A stretch of 63,090 bases of DNA, filler included. It is 7 parts of 7 records of this genome, joined end to end, with 100 filler letters (N's around TTAATTAATTAA, not from the genome) between each part and the next. Parts side by side here need not be neighbours in the genome. Positions count along the whole stretch, not along the records: positions 44,127 to 55,537 come from SRR31156797_31252; 6 more parts are not named here. One strand, 5' to 3'. Of the stretch, positions 45,025 through 55,537 are shown in pieces. The position numbers and the translations under genes are program-made. The notes below the pieces were generated by a model that was given only the letters and a program-made list of their open reading frames with translations, did not search any database and was not told where the DNA came from. How positions within the stretch are numbered: the stretch's first letter is position 1; each line of letters starts with the position of its first letter.

Positions 45025-46593
45025 CTATGCGTTATTATTATTCTCTTTTTTCAATTTTGCCCAACCATAATATGTCAGGCTTTCATCAACCGGCTTTTCT
45101 TTAAAAATAAAACTTGATACAAAGCCCACCATCATTAAAACAAGATGACTGTACACTCCAATCATGTATTTATGATGCGTAAAATTCAAATTTCCTAAAT
45201 CGAGCAATAATGTCTTATCTTCTCCTGCACCTATTGGTGTTGAAGACAACAAGGCATAAATTGTAAACAAAATACTGGCAATAATTCCGGCATAAATGGC
45301 CTTTTTATTCACTCTTTTACTAAAAATTCCTAAAAGGAACATTCCTGCTATTCCGCCGGAAAAAATGGCATATAGTGTAAAAATAATTCCAAGAACTCCT
45401 TTCCCTCCTGCAGCAACATACGACAGCGCCACCCCAATAGCTACTACTCCTGCCAAAACCGTAAAAATCCGGCTCAAACGTAATTGTTTTGCTTCTGGTG
45501 TATTCGGTCTCCACCTCAGGTAGTAATCTTCCAGGCATATAGCTGACAGGCAATTCAGGTCAGAATCCAGGCTGGAAAAAGCGGCTGCAATCAATGCCGA
45601 AAGAATAAGACCGACAACTCCAACAGGGAGTTTAGTCATTATAAAAAATGGAAATACTTTATCTGCAATAATATCGGAAGGAAGACCTCCCATAATATGA
45701 TAGTAAGCAAAAAGTGCTGTACCAATAAACATAAACAAAGCCCAAACCGGAACACTCAACAACACACCAATCAATGAAGCTTTTACTGCTTCCTTATCTG
45801 ATTTTGCAGTTAAATATCGTTGTACAATGGTTTGATCGGTTCCGTACTTTTGAATGGCATAAAACACTCCGTTAAGCGCCATTACCCAAAAAGTTAAATT
45901 GACAAATTCAAGATCAAAAGGCCCAAAACCTATGCGTCCGTTTTCCATAGCCGTGTCCCAAATGGCGGCCGGACCTCCTTCAACAGAAAACAAAAGAATT
46001 CCTAGCGAAATAAGCCCTCCAAATATCAATAAAAATCCCTGAATCACGTCCAGCCATATTACTGCTTCAATTCCTCCGATCATAGTAATGGCAACTACGA
46101 TTACACCAATTACCAGGATAATATATACCGTATTAACTCCTGTCATTTCGGTTAGTGCCAATGAGATGATATAAAATACAGTTCCCATTTTAGCAAAATG
46201 ATTGAGCACAAATCCTAAAGAAGCGTATAAACGTGCTGCAAAACCAAAACGACGTTCAAAGTATTCATAAGCACTTAGTCTTATCACCCTTCGGAAAAGT
46301 GGAACAATTACACCAACGATAAAAACCAGCACAATTGGCACCATAAGCCCCTGTACCAAACGAATCCAGTTTGTGGCATATCCCTCGCCCGGATAAGCAA
46401 GAAATGTTACACTACTGATTAAAGTTGCCAATATGGACATGCCAATTGCCCATGACGGTATTTTCCCACTGGCTTTAAAATAATTGCCGGTATCTTTTTG
46501 GCGTTTGGAAAAACGCAAACCCACTAAAATAGTAATAGCAAATGTCGCTATAATTATGATCCAGTCAATTATATGTACAGAAGTAGAATTCAT
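45025..46593 (-). CDS. Sodium:solute symporter (SiaT/sialic-acid-like branch)
   Basis: WAIGMSILATLISSVTFLAYPG, SAYEYFERRF, GGIEAVIWLDVIQ and TDQTIVQRYL. Confidence 0.9.
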   Translation of the reverse strand: MNSTSVHIIDWIIIIATFAITILVGLRFSKRQKDTGNYFKASGKIPSWAIGMSILATLISSVTFLAYPGEGYATNWIRLVQGLMVPIVLVFIVGVIVPLFRRVIRLSAYEYFERRFGFAARLYASLGFVLNHFAKMGTVFYIISLALTEMTGVNTVYIILVIGVIVVAITMIGGIEAVIWLDVIQGFLLIFGGLISLGILLFSVEGGPAAIWDTAMENGRIGFGPFDLEFVNLTFWVMALNGVFYAIQKYGTDQTIVQRYLTAKSDKEAVKASLIGVLLSVPVWALFMFIGTALFAYYHIMGGLPSDIIADKVFPFFIMTKLPVGVVGLILSALIAAAFSSLDSDLNCLSAICLEDYYLRWRPNTPEAKQLRLSRIFTVLAGVVAIGVALSYVAAGGKGVLGIIFTLYAIFSGGIAGMFLLGIFSKRVNKKAIYAGIIASILFTIYALLSSTPIGAGEDKTLLLDLGNLNFTHHKYMIGVYSHLVLMMVGFVSSFIFKEKPVDESLTYYGWAKLKKENNNNA

Positions 46594-47774
46594 TATAGTT
46601 TATTGGTTATTCTTTCATGCTTATTTGACAGCATAATATTTTCGGGCCAGGGATAACTACCTGGTTTAGTCGTTAAAATAAGTCCCGGACATTCTTGCGC
46701 AGTCATCTGAATTATTCCTTGTAGAACCAACTTGTTCGGAAAAAGCTTGCTAATGCCAATGGCTTTTAATATTTCTGAAGTAGTTGCACCACCTTCAATT
46801 AATAAATCGCTAAGCCTGATTTTCTGAGCAACCTGCTTTACAACTTCTCCAATATTTTTGCGAATGTGCTCTGCAATGTCCGGATCTTTACTATAATCCT
46901 GAGCCACAGTAACAATTACGTTCTTTCTCTTTTTCAAATTTTCAACGATTTTCATTGCCCAATCGTTAAGCATTTGAAAACTAAGATCCGGGTTCTCATA
47001 TATCTCATCGGGCATGTTCATCCTTACAGTATCCTTTTCGTCAAGCCCCATTGGTAGTTTATCTGATTTTGGATACTTACTGCCAAAAATAAACAAGGCA
47101 TACTCTCCCAACTCAAGGTTCCCTTCGAAGCTTGGCTGTACTACGTTGTAAATTTTACTCATTAGCACATCGAAAAAGCCAGCTCCTCCTGCAACAACAG
47201 TACCCTCATCAATCTTTCTTGCCCATTCATCCATGTCTTCCTGGCTCTTAACATCACCAACAATAATCCCTTCCTCCGGAATTTCATCATTTGCTGAGAA
47301 AGATCCAATTTCAATATCATCCGATTTTATTATATCGGTTACAACCGAGGATTGAACCGGAAAATCGGGATCGTTCGCAAACGAAGTTTCTGCCAAAGGA
47401 ATTCCATTTATGGAATAATTACCGTGCTCAATTATCCGACCAAAAGATGGATTTCCGGCAACCATAATAGCCCGTTTTTTTCCGGTAACATCTAGCTGTG
47501 CTTTAATTTCAACAGCTATATTACCTCTTAATACAGAGTCGAGCTTTTTAAAAATATATTTTGGGTTCTGTTTAAGCAACTTTTTTGTAATCTTTTCAAT
47601 TTCTTTATAAGCATCAGCTTCGTTAAGCGTTCTTGTATCAGCCGCAATAATCATCAGGTCGGTTTCTTCAACTCTTTTCACCTGAGTCTCAATTACCACC
47701 TTCAATCCATACTTTAATCCAACCCCACCTATCTCTGCCGCACCAGTAAAATCATCTGCAATTACTGCAATCAT
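46593..47774 (-). CDS. Four-carbon acid sugar kinase (DUF1537; DtnK/DenK-like)
   Basis: IADDFTGA, FKKLDSVLRGN, EGGAT and TKPGS. Confidence 0.9.
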   Translation of the reverse strand: MIAVIADDFTGAAEIGGVGLKYGLKVVIETQVKRVEETDLMIIAADTRTLNEADAYKEIEKITKKLLKQNPKYIFKKLDSVLRGNIAVEIKAQLDVTGKKRAIMVAGNPSFGRIIEHGNYSINGIPLAETSFANDPDFPVQSSVVTDIIKSDDIEIGSFSANDEIPEEGIIVGDVKSQEDMDEWARKIDEGTVVAGGAGFFDVLMSKIYNVVQPSFEGNLELGEYALFIFGSKYPKSDKLPMGLDEKDTVRMNMPDEIYENPDLSFQMLNDWAMKIVENLKKRKNVIVTVAQDYSKDPDIAEHIRKNIGEVVKQVAQKIRLSDLLIEGGATTSEILKAIGISKLFPNKLVLQGIIQMTAQECPGLILTTKPGSYPWPENIMLSNKHERITNKL

Positions 47775-47786
47775 CTCAATTTTTTG

Positions 47787-48815
47787 TTAGTTGTCAATTG
47801 TTAGCTTTACTGCATACTCAATAGCATACAGCAGTGCATCCGGGCTGGCAATACCTTTGCCTGCAATCTCGAATGCGGTTCCATGATCGACTGAAGTTCG
47901 TATTATCGGCAATCCTAACGTAATATTCACACCTTTTACGCTTTTCATCTTTTTTGTTTCTTCATCCCACTCAAATCCAACCAGTTTAAAAGGAATGTGC
48001 CCCTGATCATGGTACATGGCCACACACCCGTCGAATCGTCCTCCCGCTGCCAATGCAAACAGTGTATCAGGAGGTACCGGCCCGGTTACATCCAGTCCGT
48101 TATTTTTGGCTTCTTCAACTGCCGGACTTATTTCTTTTATTTCTTCATCTCCAAATAAACCATCATCTCCTGAATGTGGATTTAATCCTGCAACACCTAT
48201 CCTTGGAGATTTGATTCCCAATTTCTTTAAACCTTTATCAAGAATATCAATCACCTCCAATATCCTTTCTTTCTTTGCTAAATCACAAGCTTGCCGTAGC
48301 GACACATGCGTGCTAACATGAATTACTTTTATCTTTTCATCGGCAAGCAACATGGCATACTTTGAAGTATTGGTATAATGAGCATATATTTCGGTATGTC
48401 CTGAAAAATGATGTCCGGCTTCGTTAATAGCCTTTTTATTGATCGGATTAGTAACGGTACCGTCAACTTCTCCATTTTTTGCCAGTTCAATTGCTTTAAT
48501 CACCGAATGAAACGCAAGGTTTCCTGCCTGAGCGTTTACTTTACCAAATTCAATTGGATCAGTGCTTACCCCAATATCCAGAAGATCGATTGTACCATTT
48601 CGGAATAAAGCTTCTGAAATTTTGTCGATAACATTTAATGACAAGTTTTTATCACTAAATTCAATTGCACGATTCATTATACTGGCACTTCCAATTAAAA
48701 CCGGGTTACACACATCGTATACTTCAGGGTTAGCGAAAGCCTTCACTGCTATTTCCGGTCCTATTCCTGCCGGATCACCCATCGTTATTGCCAATATTGG
48801 TTTCTTTTCTGCCAT
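47787..48815 (-). CDS. pdxA: PdxA-family dehydrogenase, probably PdxA2 (4-phospho-threonate/erythronate dehydrogenase)
   Basis: TMGDPAGIGPE, GHTE, GLNPH, AMYHDQGHIP and RTSVDHGTAF; adjacent to a DUF1537 kinase. Confidence 0.9.
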   Translation of the reverse strand: MAEKKPILAITMGDPAGIGPEIAVKAFANPEVYDVCNPVLIGSASIMNRAIEFSDKNLSLNVIDKISEALFRNGTIDLLDIGVSTDPIEFGKVNAQAGNLAFHSVIKAIELAKNGEVDGTVTNPINKKAINEAGHHFSGHTEIYAHYTNTSKYAMLLADEKIKVIHVSTHVSLRQACDLAKKERILEVIDILDKGLKKLGIKSPRIGVAGLNPHSGDDGLFGDEEIKEISPAVEEAKNNGLDVTGPVPPDTLFALAAGGRFDGCVAMYHDQGHIPFKLVGFEWDEETKKMKSVKGVNITLGLPIIRTSVDHGTAFEIAGKGIASPDALLYAIEYAVKLTIDN

Positions 48816-48819
48816 TGTT

Positions 48820-49734
48820 TTAAAATGCAGGATTTAATATTTTATCTTCCATTTGTGTTAAATAAGCCTTTTCTTCTTCTAATCCCATACGCTGCATTGG
48901 GGGCATAACGTCAAGCCCACACAATCCTTTTATCGACATCAATGCTTTTAATGCAGGAATAGCTTCTGTTACAGTTCTTCCTTGTTGATTGTATTTGGAA
49001 AGTTCGTTTGTTAGTACTTGTAGTTGATCGCAAACTTTCCAGTCTTTTTGTTTAGCAGCACTATATAAATCAGCATACAATTCAGGAAACAAATTTCCGA
49101 GACTTGGAACAATACCGTCGGCTCCATTTTTTAGTCCCAGACTAGAGTTTGCCGCACAACCAACCAAAAACAAGAAATCATCACGCTTAGCCCACCTGTC
49201 AAGAGATTCACTTAATCGATCCTGATCTGGCTGAGAATCTTTTATACCGATGATATTTGTATGATGACTCATTTTCTCAATTACATCAAGCGATATAGAA
49301 TGATGGGTGGTTGCTGGAATATTGTATAAAAAAACGGGCAACGGCAGTTCATCTGCAAGCTTTTCAAACCAATTAAGTGCATGAGAATCGTTTGCAGGAT
49401 AGTAATTCGGAGCTAATGCAACCAACGCATCTACTCCTAAATCTGCGTATTTTTCACCTTCTTCAATCAGAGATGGTAATGCATTCCCACACAATCCTGC
49501 AACTATTGGCATTTTACCATTTGCTTCTGTTACTGCAACCTTTGCAAGTTTCTCTTTTTGCGATGTAGATAACGAAGCCACTTCCCCAGTAGTTCCCAGT
49601 ACCAATGGCTGAACCTTATTCTCCACAAACGATGATATTATTTTTTTCACCGCACCTTCATCAATGGTTAACTCCTCTGTTAATGGAGTAACCATTGGCA
49701 CCACCACTCCTCTGTATTTATTTAAATCCTTCAT
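48820..49734 (-). CDS. DHDPS/NAL-family class I aldolase/lyase
   Basis: VPMVTP, LGTTGE, LYNIP and Schiff-base GIKDS. Confidence 0.9.
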   Translation of the reverse strand: MKDLNKYRGVVVPMVTPLTEELTIDEGAVKKIISSFVENKVQPLVLGTTGEVASLSTSQKEKLAKVAVTEANGKMPIVAGLCGNALPSLIEEGEKYADLGVDALVALAPNYYPANDSHALNWFEKLADELPLPVFLYNIPATTHHSISLDVIEKMSHHTNIIGIKDSQPDQDRLSESLDRWAKRDDFLFLVGCAANSSLGLKNGADGIVPSLGNLFPELYADLYSAAKQKDWKVCDQLQVLTNELSKYNQQGRTVTEAIPALKALMSIKGLCGLDVMPPMQRMGLEEEKAYLTQMEDKILNPAF

Positions 49735-49736
49735 TA

Positions 49737-50885
49737 TTAATATGCTTTCCTGTATATATCAATGGCATCCTGCAATTCTACTTTCCGAACATTATTTTTT
49801 AATAACCTTTGAATTTTTATTGCTGAATTTGCCATTTCCTCAATATGTTTTTCTTCCAGTTTTAATTCCGAAAGGCGACCAGGAATTTTAAAATATGTAA
49901 TCAAATCGCGAATTAACTGAATCCCCTGCAATGCAACTGATTTATTGTCATCATTAGATTCATCTCCAATAGCCCTGGCAACTTTTGCATATTTCTCAAC
50001 AGCATATTCAAGATTATACTCTAAGATAAAAGGTAATAACATAGCATTTGAAACACCATGCGAGATCTTAAATGTACTTCCAAGCGGATAAGCAAGTGCG
50101 TGTACAGCTCCAGTATTAACCGGCCCCAGACACATTCCGCCATACATACTTCCCAATGCCACTTTTTCCCGGGCTACAACATCATCCCCCTTATCAAAAG
50201 CCTGCTTCAAATTTCTTCCTATTAGACGAATACCTTCCAGTGCTAAAAGATCATTAATAGGGTTTGAAAAATTATTAACATAGGCTTCGATGCAATGCGT
50301 TAAAGCATCCAATCCGGTTGCTGCTGTAACAGAAGGAGGCACACCTATTGTCAATAAAGGATCAACGTAAGTTGCATCCGGAACCAGCTGCGGATCAATT
50401 ACCCCAACCTTTCCCCCTGTTTCAGGGTCAAAAAAGATCGCATTGGGCGAAACTTCACTTCCTGTTCCTGCTGTTGTAGGCAAACAAATCATTTTTTTGC
50501 CACGCGAAAGTTTTTTCACTCCTTTCAAAACATCTCTTACATCAATACTACTACCGGCCGTAGCGGCAAGCAATTTTGCTGTATCCAACACACTTCCACC
50601 ACCAATTCCAACTATACAATCCGGGTTAAAACCATTAACCTGCAAAAGTATGTTTTGGTAATCGGTAAAGGAAGGTTCTTGTTTTATCTCCTTATTTACG
50701 ATTATTTCGCAACCTGATTCCTGAATACGATTAATTTCTTCACCGATCTGCCCCATCACTTCATCAATCGCCAACACAAAAATACGCTGACAACCACTAC
50801 TAATAACGTCTTCCACAAAAGTTGAAAAACAATTATTCCCAAAAACAAGTTTCGCCGGATTATATATCGAGATGCTTAAGTTCAT
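49737..50885 (-). CDS. Iron-containing alcohol dehydrogenase family
   Basis: GIGGGSVLDTAK, PTTAGTGSEV, DALTHCIE, VHALAY and HGVSN. Confidence 0.93.
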   Translation of the reverse strand: MNLSISIYNPAKLVFGNNCFSTFVEDVISSGCQRIFVLAIDEVMGQIGEEINRIQESGCEIIVNKEIKQEPSFTDYQNILLQVNGFNPDCIVGIGGGSVLDTAKLLAATAGSSIDVRDVLKGVKKLSRGKKMICLPTTAGTGSEVSPNAIFFDPETGGKVGVIDPQLVPDATYVDPLLTIGVPPSVTAATGLDALTHCIEAYVNNFSNPINDLLALEGIRLIGRNLKQAFDKGDDVVAREKVALGSMYGGMCLGPVNTGAVHALAYPLGSTFKISHGVSNAMLLPFILEYNLEYAVEKYAKVARAIGDESNDDNKSVALQGIQLIRDLITYFKIPGRLSELKLEEKHIEEMANSAIKIQRLLKNNVRKVELQDAIDIYRKAY

Positions 50886-50955
50886 TCTTCTCCTTTAGTA
50901 TTTACTGGTTGAATTTACTTCAGATTGTAAAAATAGGAAAAATAATGCAAAAAAG

Positions 50956-51036
50956 TGTAATCGTTTACATTATTTATTTTCTCTATTAATAAAGTGTTTA
51001 AACAAAAAAAAAACTCACAGGATGTAAACGTTTTTC
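50956..51036. promoter_or_regulatory. LacI-type operators upstream of the catabolic genes
   Basis: TGTAATCGTTTACA (50956-50969) and TGTAAACGTTTTTC (51023-51036). Confidence 0.75.
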
Positions 51037-51105
51037 TTTATTTTAAAAACACGCAACAGTAGGGCTTTTTTAACTACAACGCAACATAACAACAGCCCTT
51101 ATCAC

Positions 51106-51141
51106 AAAAAAAAGGTGAAGCTAAATGCTTCACCTTTTTTT
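51106..51141 (-). terminator. Intrinsic terminator
   Basis: AAAAAAAAGGTGAAGC-TAAAT-GCTTCACCTTTTTTT. Confidence 0.85.
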
Positions 51142-51157
51142 CAACTGGAATCTTATT

Positions 51158-54100
51158 TTATTTTACAATATTCAATTTTCCATTATATCTCTCATCACCA
51201 ACTTTAAGCATGTAAATGTACATTCCTCTATTAAGATCCTGTAGATTTACACCTATTTCGTGAGTTCCACCGGTATAAACCTGAGGGGTGGTAATTTTAA
51301 CTTGCTGTCCAAGCATGTTATATAACGAAAGACTAACTTCTTCCATGTCATTCAATGTAAACCTCACCTTAGCTTGATTTACAGCAGGATTAGGATAAAC
51401 CAACACCTCTTTATCCAACTCAATTGCTGTAGCCGAAGTAATTGGACCAGCTCCTAACACCCATTCCAATGAACGCTCAACAAGCAAATTGAAATCAGCA
51501 GTTGCTGCATCTAATCCTTTTGCATTTGCAGCAAATATTACAATTCGGTGATCATTTGTTTGGCCACTTGCCCCTAAAGTAGAACCTTCAGGAACAGCCC
51601 ACATCATAGGTGCAGTAATTTCTGCGTTGGTATTCTGACCAAGTGCAATAGCAGCTGGTAAATCAGTAGCCAATGCAAGCCCCCAGGCATAAATATCACC
51701 ACTAGGATCGGCTGTTGACAATGACACAACCTGATCAATATCAAGATCTTCCGTAATATAATGCGAATTATTAAGAATCTTCATATCCATATTCTCAACA
51801 GCTGTTCTGCTTTCCTGAAAATTAGTATCATCAGTTAACCATCCCCATTTATTACTTTTCACACCAAATCCTTCCATTGACACCAATGGGATAGGATAAT
51901 TATCATCTTTACCAAACGGAACAACTTTACTCGAGCTTGCTGATTCACCTACAATAAGTGCCTCGTATGGAGAATAGTCATACCCAGCCACACCTATATC
52001 ATTGTCATCAACATATTTTACGTTGTAACCGGCATTGGTTAAATAGTCAACCAATAAGGAATCGCTCATTTCCATTGCTTCCGGGGTACCAGCACCTGCG
52101 TATAACAAGTAAACTGTTGTATCTTCGTAAACCCAACGAGGATCACCAATACCCTTATTTGCATTTGATTCGCTGGCAAAGTTGAAGTTGCCCATTGCAG
52201 GATCAATCCAAAGTTCGTAAGAACTTTCTTCGAATGTGTTTGTGGGCATACCAGGAATAGTATCGCTTGAGAAAGAAAAATCGCTGGTAGCGTAAACATT
52301 TTTAATAGTGAAAGAAGTACTACCTAAACCATCATAACCTTTTATGCCATAAATAGTGTCACCTGCCATATTCCAACCATGACCAAATAATGATTTTTCG
52401 ATTTTTAAGCCACCCCAGATATTATCAGCTCCATCTTCACGATATCTGATTAACTGGCGCCCCTTTTCAGGAGCAGAAAAGAAAGTACATTTTTCAATAG
52501 TCATAGAGCTTGAATTACCTTTGCTAACGATAAAATAAACAAAATGAGAAAAAGTAGACTTTGTAATTGTGATATTATTAACTGCTCCTCCTGCTTTATC
52601 CATGGTCAATAAGCCGTAATTATTAATGCTATCCATTACACAATCGGTTACAATAAAGTTCTCAATTGTTGAAGGATCATTTTTTATCCTGGTTATACCT
52701 CTTAACGACTTAGCAGTACACGACTCAAGAACAAAATCCTGAATAGCACTTTGTGAACTAATATTAATAACATAATCTCCATCGAACTCACCTGAGAAAT
52801 GAATATTTGAGAAAGCAACATATGCTACATCTGCATTTTCAACCATATCGAAATTCGAATCACAGAAAATATGAGGTTTTTCACTTGCAGACGGATCACT
52901 GCTTTCGAACTTAACTGACTTGTCAATTTTATGCCCACCAATATTATACATTTTTCCAGGTGCCAGTATAATTGAAGAACTATCTGGTACATTACCCAAT
53001 GTATCTGCCAGGCTATAACCATCTTCTTCTCCTGTTAAATCAATAATATTAGAGCCTTCACCTTGCACATAAAGCTGATAGAATACACGAACGCCAGCAT
53101 CAATCTCCATATTTGAATAATACGTCGCAGCCTGTGGCATTACCTTTAAATAAAACATCAGGTCATCATCAGTAGCAGATTCAGGAGCTGCTATCACAAT
53201 TTTCTGTTTTGACCATTCCATTGTTCCTGCATCCAAAACAGCTGGAGTATGAGTATAAGGCACCTCAACAGTGTAGTTACCATTTCCATCATTTGCCATA
53301 ATAGCTAATGTATCTGGAAAAGTCAGCATCTTATTCATCTTATCTCCTTTACCGTTTATATAAAGATTATCTTCAATCTTTAATTCAGCAACACGGCCTT
53401 TAATCTTTAATGGAATACCAATTAAAGTTTCTTCTCCAATTTTCCCAACATAAGGACTGTCAGAATTAGCATAAGTACCACCGTCCAAGCCCATATCTGG
53501 CTCAATCCAAACTGGAGCAGCAAATGTTACTGTAAAATCATCAAAAACAATGGTTGGATCATAACTACCTTCTGCAATTGGAGTTCCTGTACCATCTGTA
53601 TCAAAATACAAATGCAACTCACTGTCTCCATCAAATTCTGAGATATCTACTCCTAGTGTCTCTGCAAGTTTTACTTGCTTTAAGCCACTTCCCGAAACAT
53701 AAAAATCTGTTATAGTTGTATCAATCCCATTTTTGCCTTTAACCCTTAAATCGTAACTAGCCGTTGAACCTGTGTTACCTTCATCGTATGTATCAATGGA
53801 AAACTCAAGATCAGAGGTCAAAACCATATTTTTAAAGGTGAAGACAATTTCATGCTGCAACTTTTTATAAATTCCAGGATGAGCACCATATGCCTGGTTG
53901 GTAGGGTCACCACCTACATCAAAAACACAGGCAGAATAATTATTAAGTGTGTTTTTAGCCGAATCTTCAGTACCGGCATAAACCTCTTCCCATTTTGCCA
54001 ACAATCCTTGCAAAGAATCGATACTGGCAACATGGTTTGGATTCTCATTGCTACGCCATCTGTTAGCACGCACTTTAAAATCATCATTTGGATTAACAGT

Positions 54101-54394
54101 AGGGGCATTTGCTGTATCGGCAGCCCATACAGTAACAGCAAAACCTTTGTTTGTTCTTGCTTTCCCCCAAGAAAACTCGACAGTAGAATCATTAACTTGT
54201 GTCCATGTACTGGTAGCCTGGTCGGTATTAAAGTCAATCGTTAAAGTGGCTGACTGCGTTTCGGCATCTTTTACATACGTTTGCCCAATTGACGAATAGT
54301 CGCTAAGTTTTACCTGAGCGTTCGAAAAGCCTGCAACAAATAAGAAGCAAGCCATAATTAAAAACTTAAAGTAATTTTTCTTCATAGGTATCAT
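51158..54394 (-). CDS. Large T9SS-secreted multidomain protein with a DUF4957/DUF5123-like beta-helix
   Basis: Signal peptide; beta-helix-like repeats ending GIGDPRW; C-terminal VYPNP...LYNMLGQ...GMYIY...KLNIVK sorting domain. Confidence 0.75.
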   Translation of the reverse strand: MIPMKKNYFKFLIMACFLFVAGFSNAQVKLSDYSSIGQTYVKDAETQSATLTIDFNTDQATSTWTQVNDSTVEFSWGKARTNKGFAVTVWAADTANAPTVNPNDDFKVRANRWRSNENPNHVASIDSLQGLLAKWEEVYAGTEDSAKNTLNNYSACVFDVGGDPTNQAYGAHPGIYKKLQHEIVFTFKNMVLTSDLEFSIDTYDEGNTGSTASYDLRVKGKNGIDTTITDFYVSGSGLKQVKLAETLGVDISEFDGDSELHLYFDTDGTGTPIAEGSYDPTIVFDDFTVTFAAPVWIEPDMGLDGGTYANSDSPYVGKIGEETLIGIPLKIKGRVAELKIEDNLYINGKGDKMNKMLTFPDTLAIMANDGNGNYTVEVPYTHTPAVLDAGTMEWSKQKIVIAAPESATDDDLMFYLKVMPQAATYYSNMEIDAGVRVFYQLYVQGEGSNIIDLTGEEDGYSLADTLGNVPDSSSIILAPGKMYNIGGHKIDKSVKFESSDPSASEKPHIFCDSNFDMVENADVAYVAFSNIHFSGEFDGDYVINISSQSAIQDFVLESCTAKSLRGITRIKNDPSTIENFIVTDCVMDSINNYGLLTMDKAGGAVNNITITKSTFSHFVYFIVSKGNSSSMTIEKCTFFSAPEKGRQLIRYREDGADNIWGGLKIEKSLFGHGWNMAGDTIYGIKGYDGLGSTSFTIKNVYATSDFSFSSDTIPGMPTNTFEESSYELWIDPAMGNFNFASESNANKGIGDPRWVYEDTTVYLLYAGAGTPEAMEMSDSLLVDYLTNAGYNVKYVDDNDIGVAGYDYSPYEALIVGESASSSKVVPFGKDDNYPIPLVSMEGFGVKSNKWGWLTDDTNFQESRTAVENMDMKILNNSHYITEDLDIDQVVSLSTADPSGDIYAWGLALATDLPAAIALGQNTNAEITAPMMWAVPEGSTLGASGQTNDHRIVIFAANAKGLDAATADFNLLVERSLEWVLGAGPITSATAIELDKEVLVYPNPAVNQAKVRFTLNDMEEVSLSLYNMLGQQVKITTPQVYTGGTHEIGVNLQDLNRGMYIYMLKVGDERYNGKLNIVK

Positions 54395-54442
54395 TTTTAG
54401 TTTGACATAAATTGAATTATTTATTTAGTATCTTTCTTTATC

Positions 54443-54521
54443 GTCTATCGTTTACACTCTCATCATCCTAACTAACTGACAGATACAACTGCCTTTTTCT
54501 GCCATTATGTAAACGTTTACA
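54443..54521. promoter_or_regulatory. LacI-type operators upstream of the T9SS gene
   Basis: Perfect palindrome TGTAAACGTTTACA (54508-54521) and GTCTATCGTTTACA (54443-54456). Confidence 0.78.
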
Positions 54522-54564
54522 CTCTTCGATCTAATCAAAGCAGAACCAATCTCCTTCTTTAAAA

Positions 54565-55537
54565 TTACGCTGAACTTCGTTTCATCAATTCAGCATTAAG
54601 CATCATCTGGATACTTGAGCGCTCTGGTTCATTTACTCTCTGAATTAACAATTCACCAGCTCTTCTTCCAATCTCTCTTGCTGGTTGACGCACCGCTGTT
54701 AATGGCGGATTAAGAGAACTCGCCCAATGCATATCGTCAAAACCTACGATTGCAACATCATTCGGAATATGCAATTTGCGCGTATGTATCATTTCAAGTG
54801 CACCTAAGGTTATCAGGTTATTTCCCGTAAAAATTGCATCGGGAGGTTCAGGTAAGTCCAACAACTCACCACAAAGTTTTACACCGCTTGGCAATTTTGA
54901 ATCACCAAATTTTATTAAATCCTCATCAATTGTTAATCCATTTTCAATTAGTGCCCGTCGATATCCCTGTTCGCGATACTTTGTTGAAGGAATTGAAGGC
55001 AGACCAGAAATTATGGCTATTCGTTTATAACCATGTTTCGCCAAATAATCAACGGCGTTAAATGCACTTTCTTCATTATTAATCAGCACCACATCAACAT
55101 CCGTATTACTCAACCCCCTGTCAACACAAACTACGGGCAATCCCTCCTTAACCATATTTTTCAACATCAGGTCGTCTTCGCTGGCGGGTGCTGCAATAAG
55201 TCCATCAATACCCTCTGATTGAAGAATTTCAAGATAAAGTTTTTCTTTCTTCTCGTCCTGACTAAAATTACACATTATAAGTGCGTAATTATTATTATAC
55301 GCTACTTCTTCAATGCCTTCAAGTACATCTACATAAAACGGGTTTTGAATATCGGGAATAAGCACGCCAAGTAAATTGCCGGAAATACTTTTTGATCGTA
55401 ACCGCTTTGCAACCCTACTCGGTTGATACTTTAATTCTTTGATTGCTTTTAGAATACGTGCCCGGGTAGCTTCGTTAACTTTGCCATTATTATTTAGCAC
55501 ACGTGATACCGTTGCAATTGATACTCCGGCTCGTTTT
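54565..55537 (-). CDS. LacI family regulator, 5'-truncated
   Basis: KRAGVSIATVSRVLN HTH at the contig edge; NPFY, IPNDVAIVGFDD and PPLTAVRQP. Confidence 0.93.

Noticed and set aside
47787-48815. pdxA as a vitamin B6 biosynthesis gene
   Set aside because: Its position beside a DUF1537 kinase and a transporter fits the catabolic PdxA2 role better.
41724-50885. Functional link between HypD/DPP-IV and the DUF1537 cluster
   Set aside because: They are on different contigs separated by the 44027-44126 linker.
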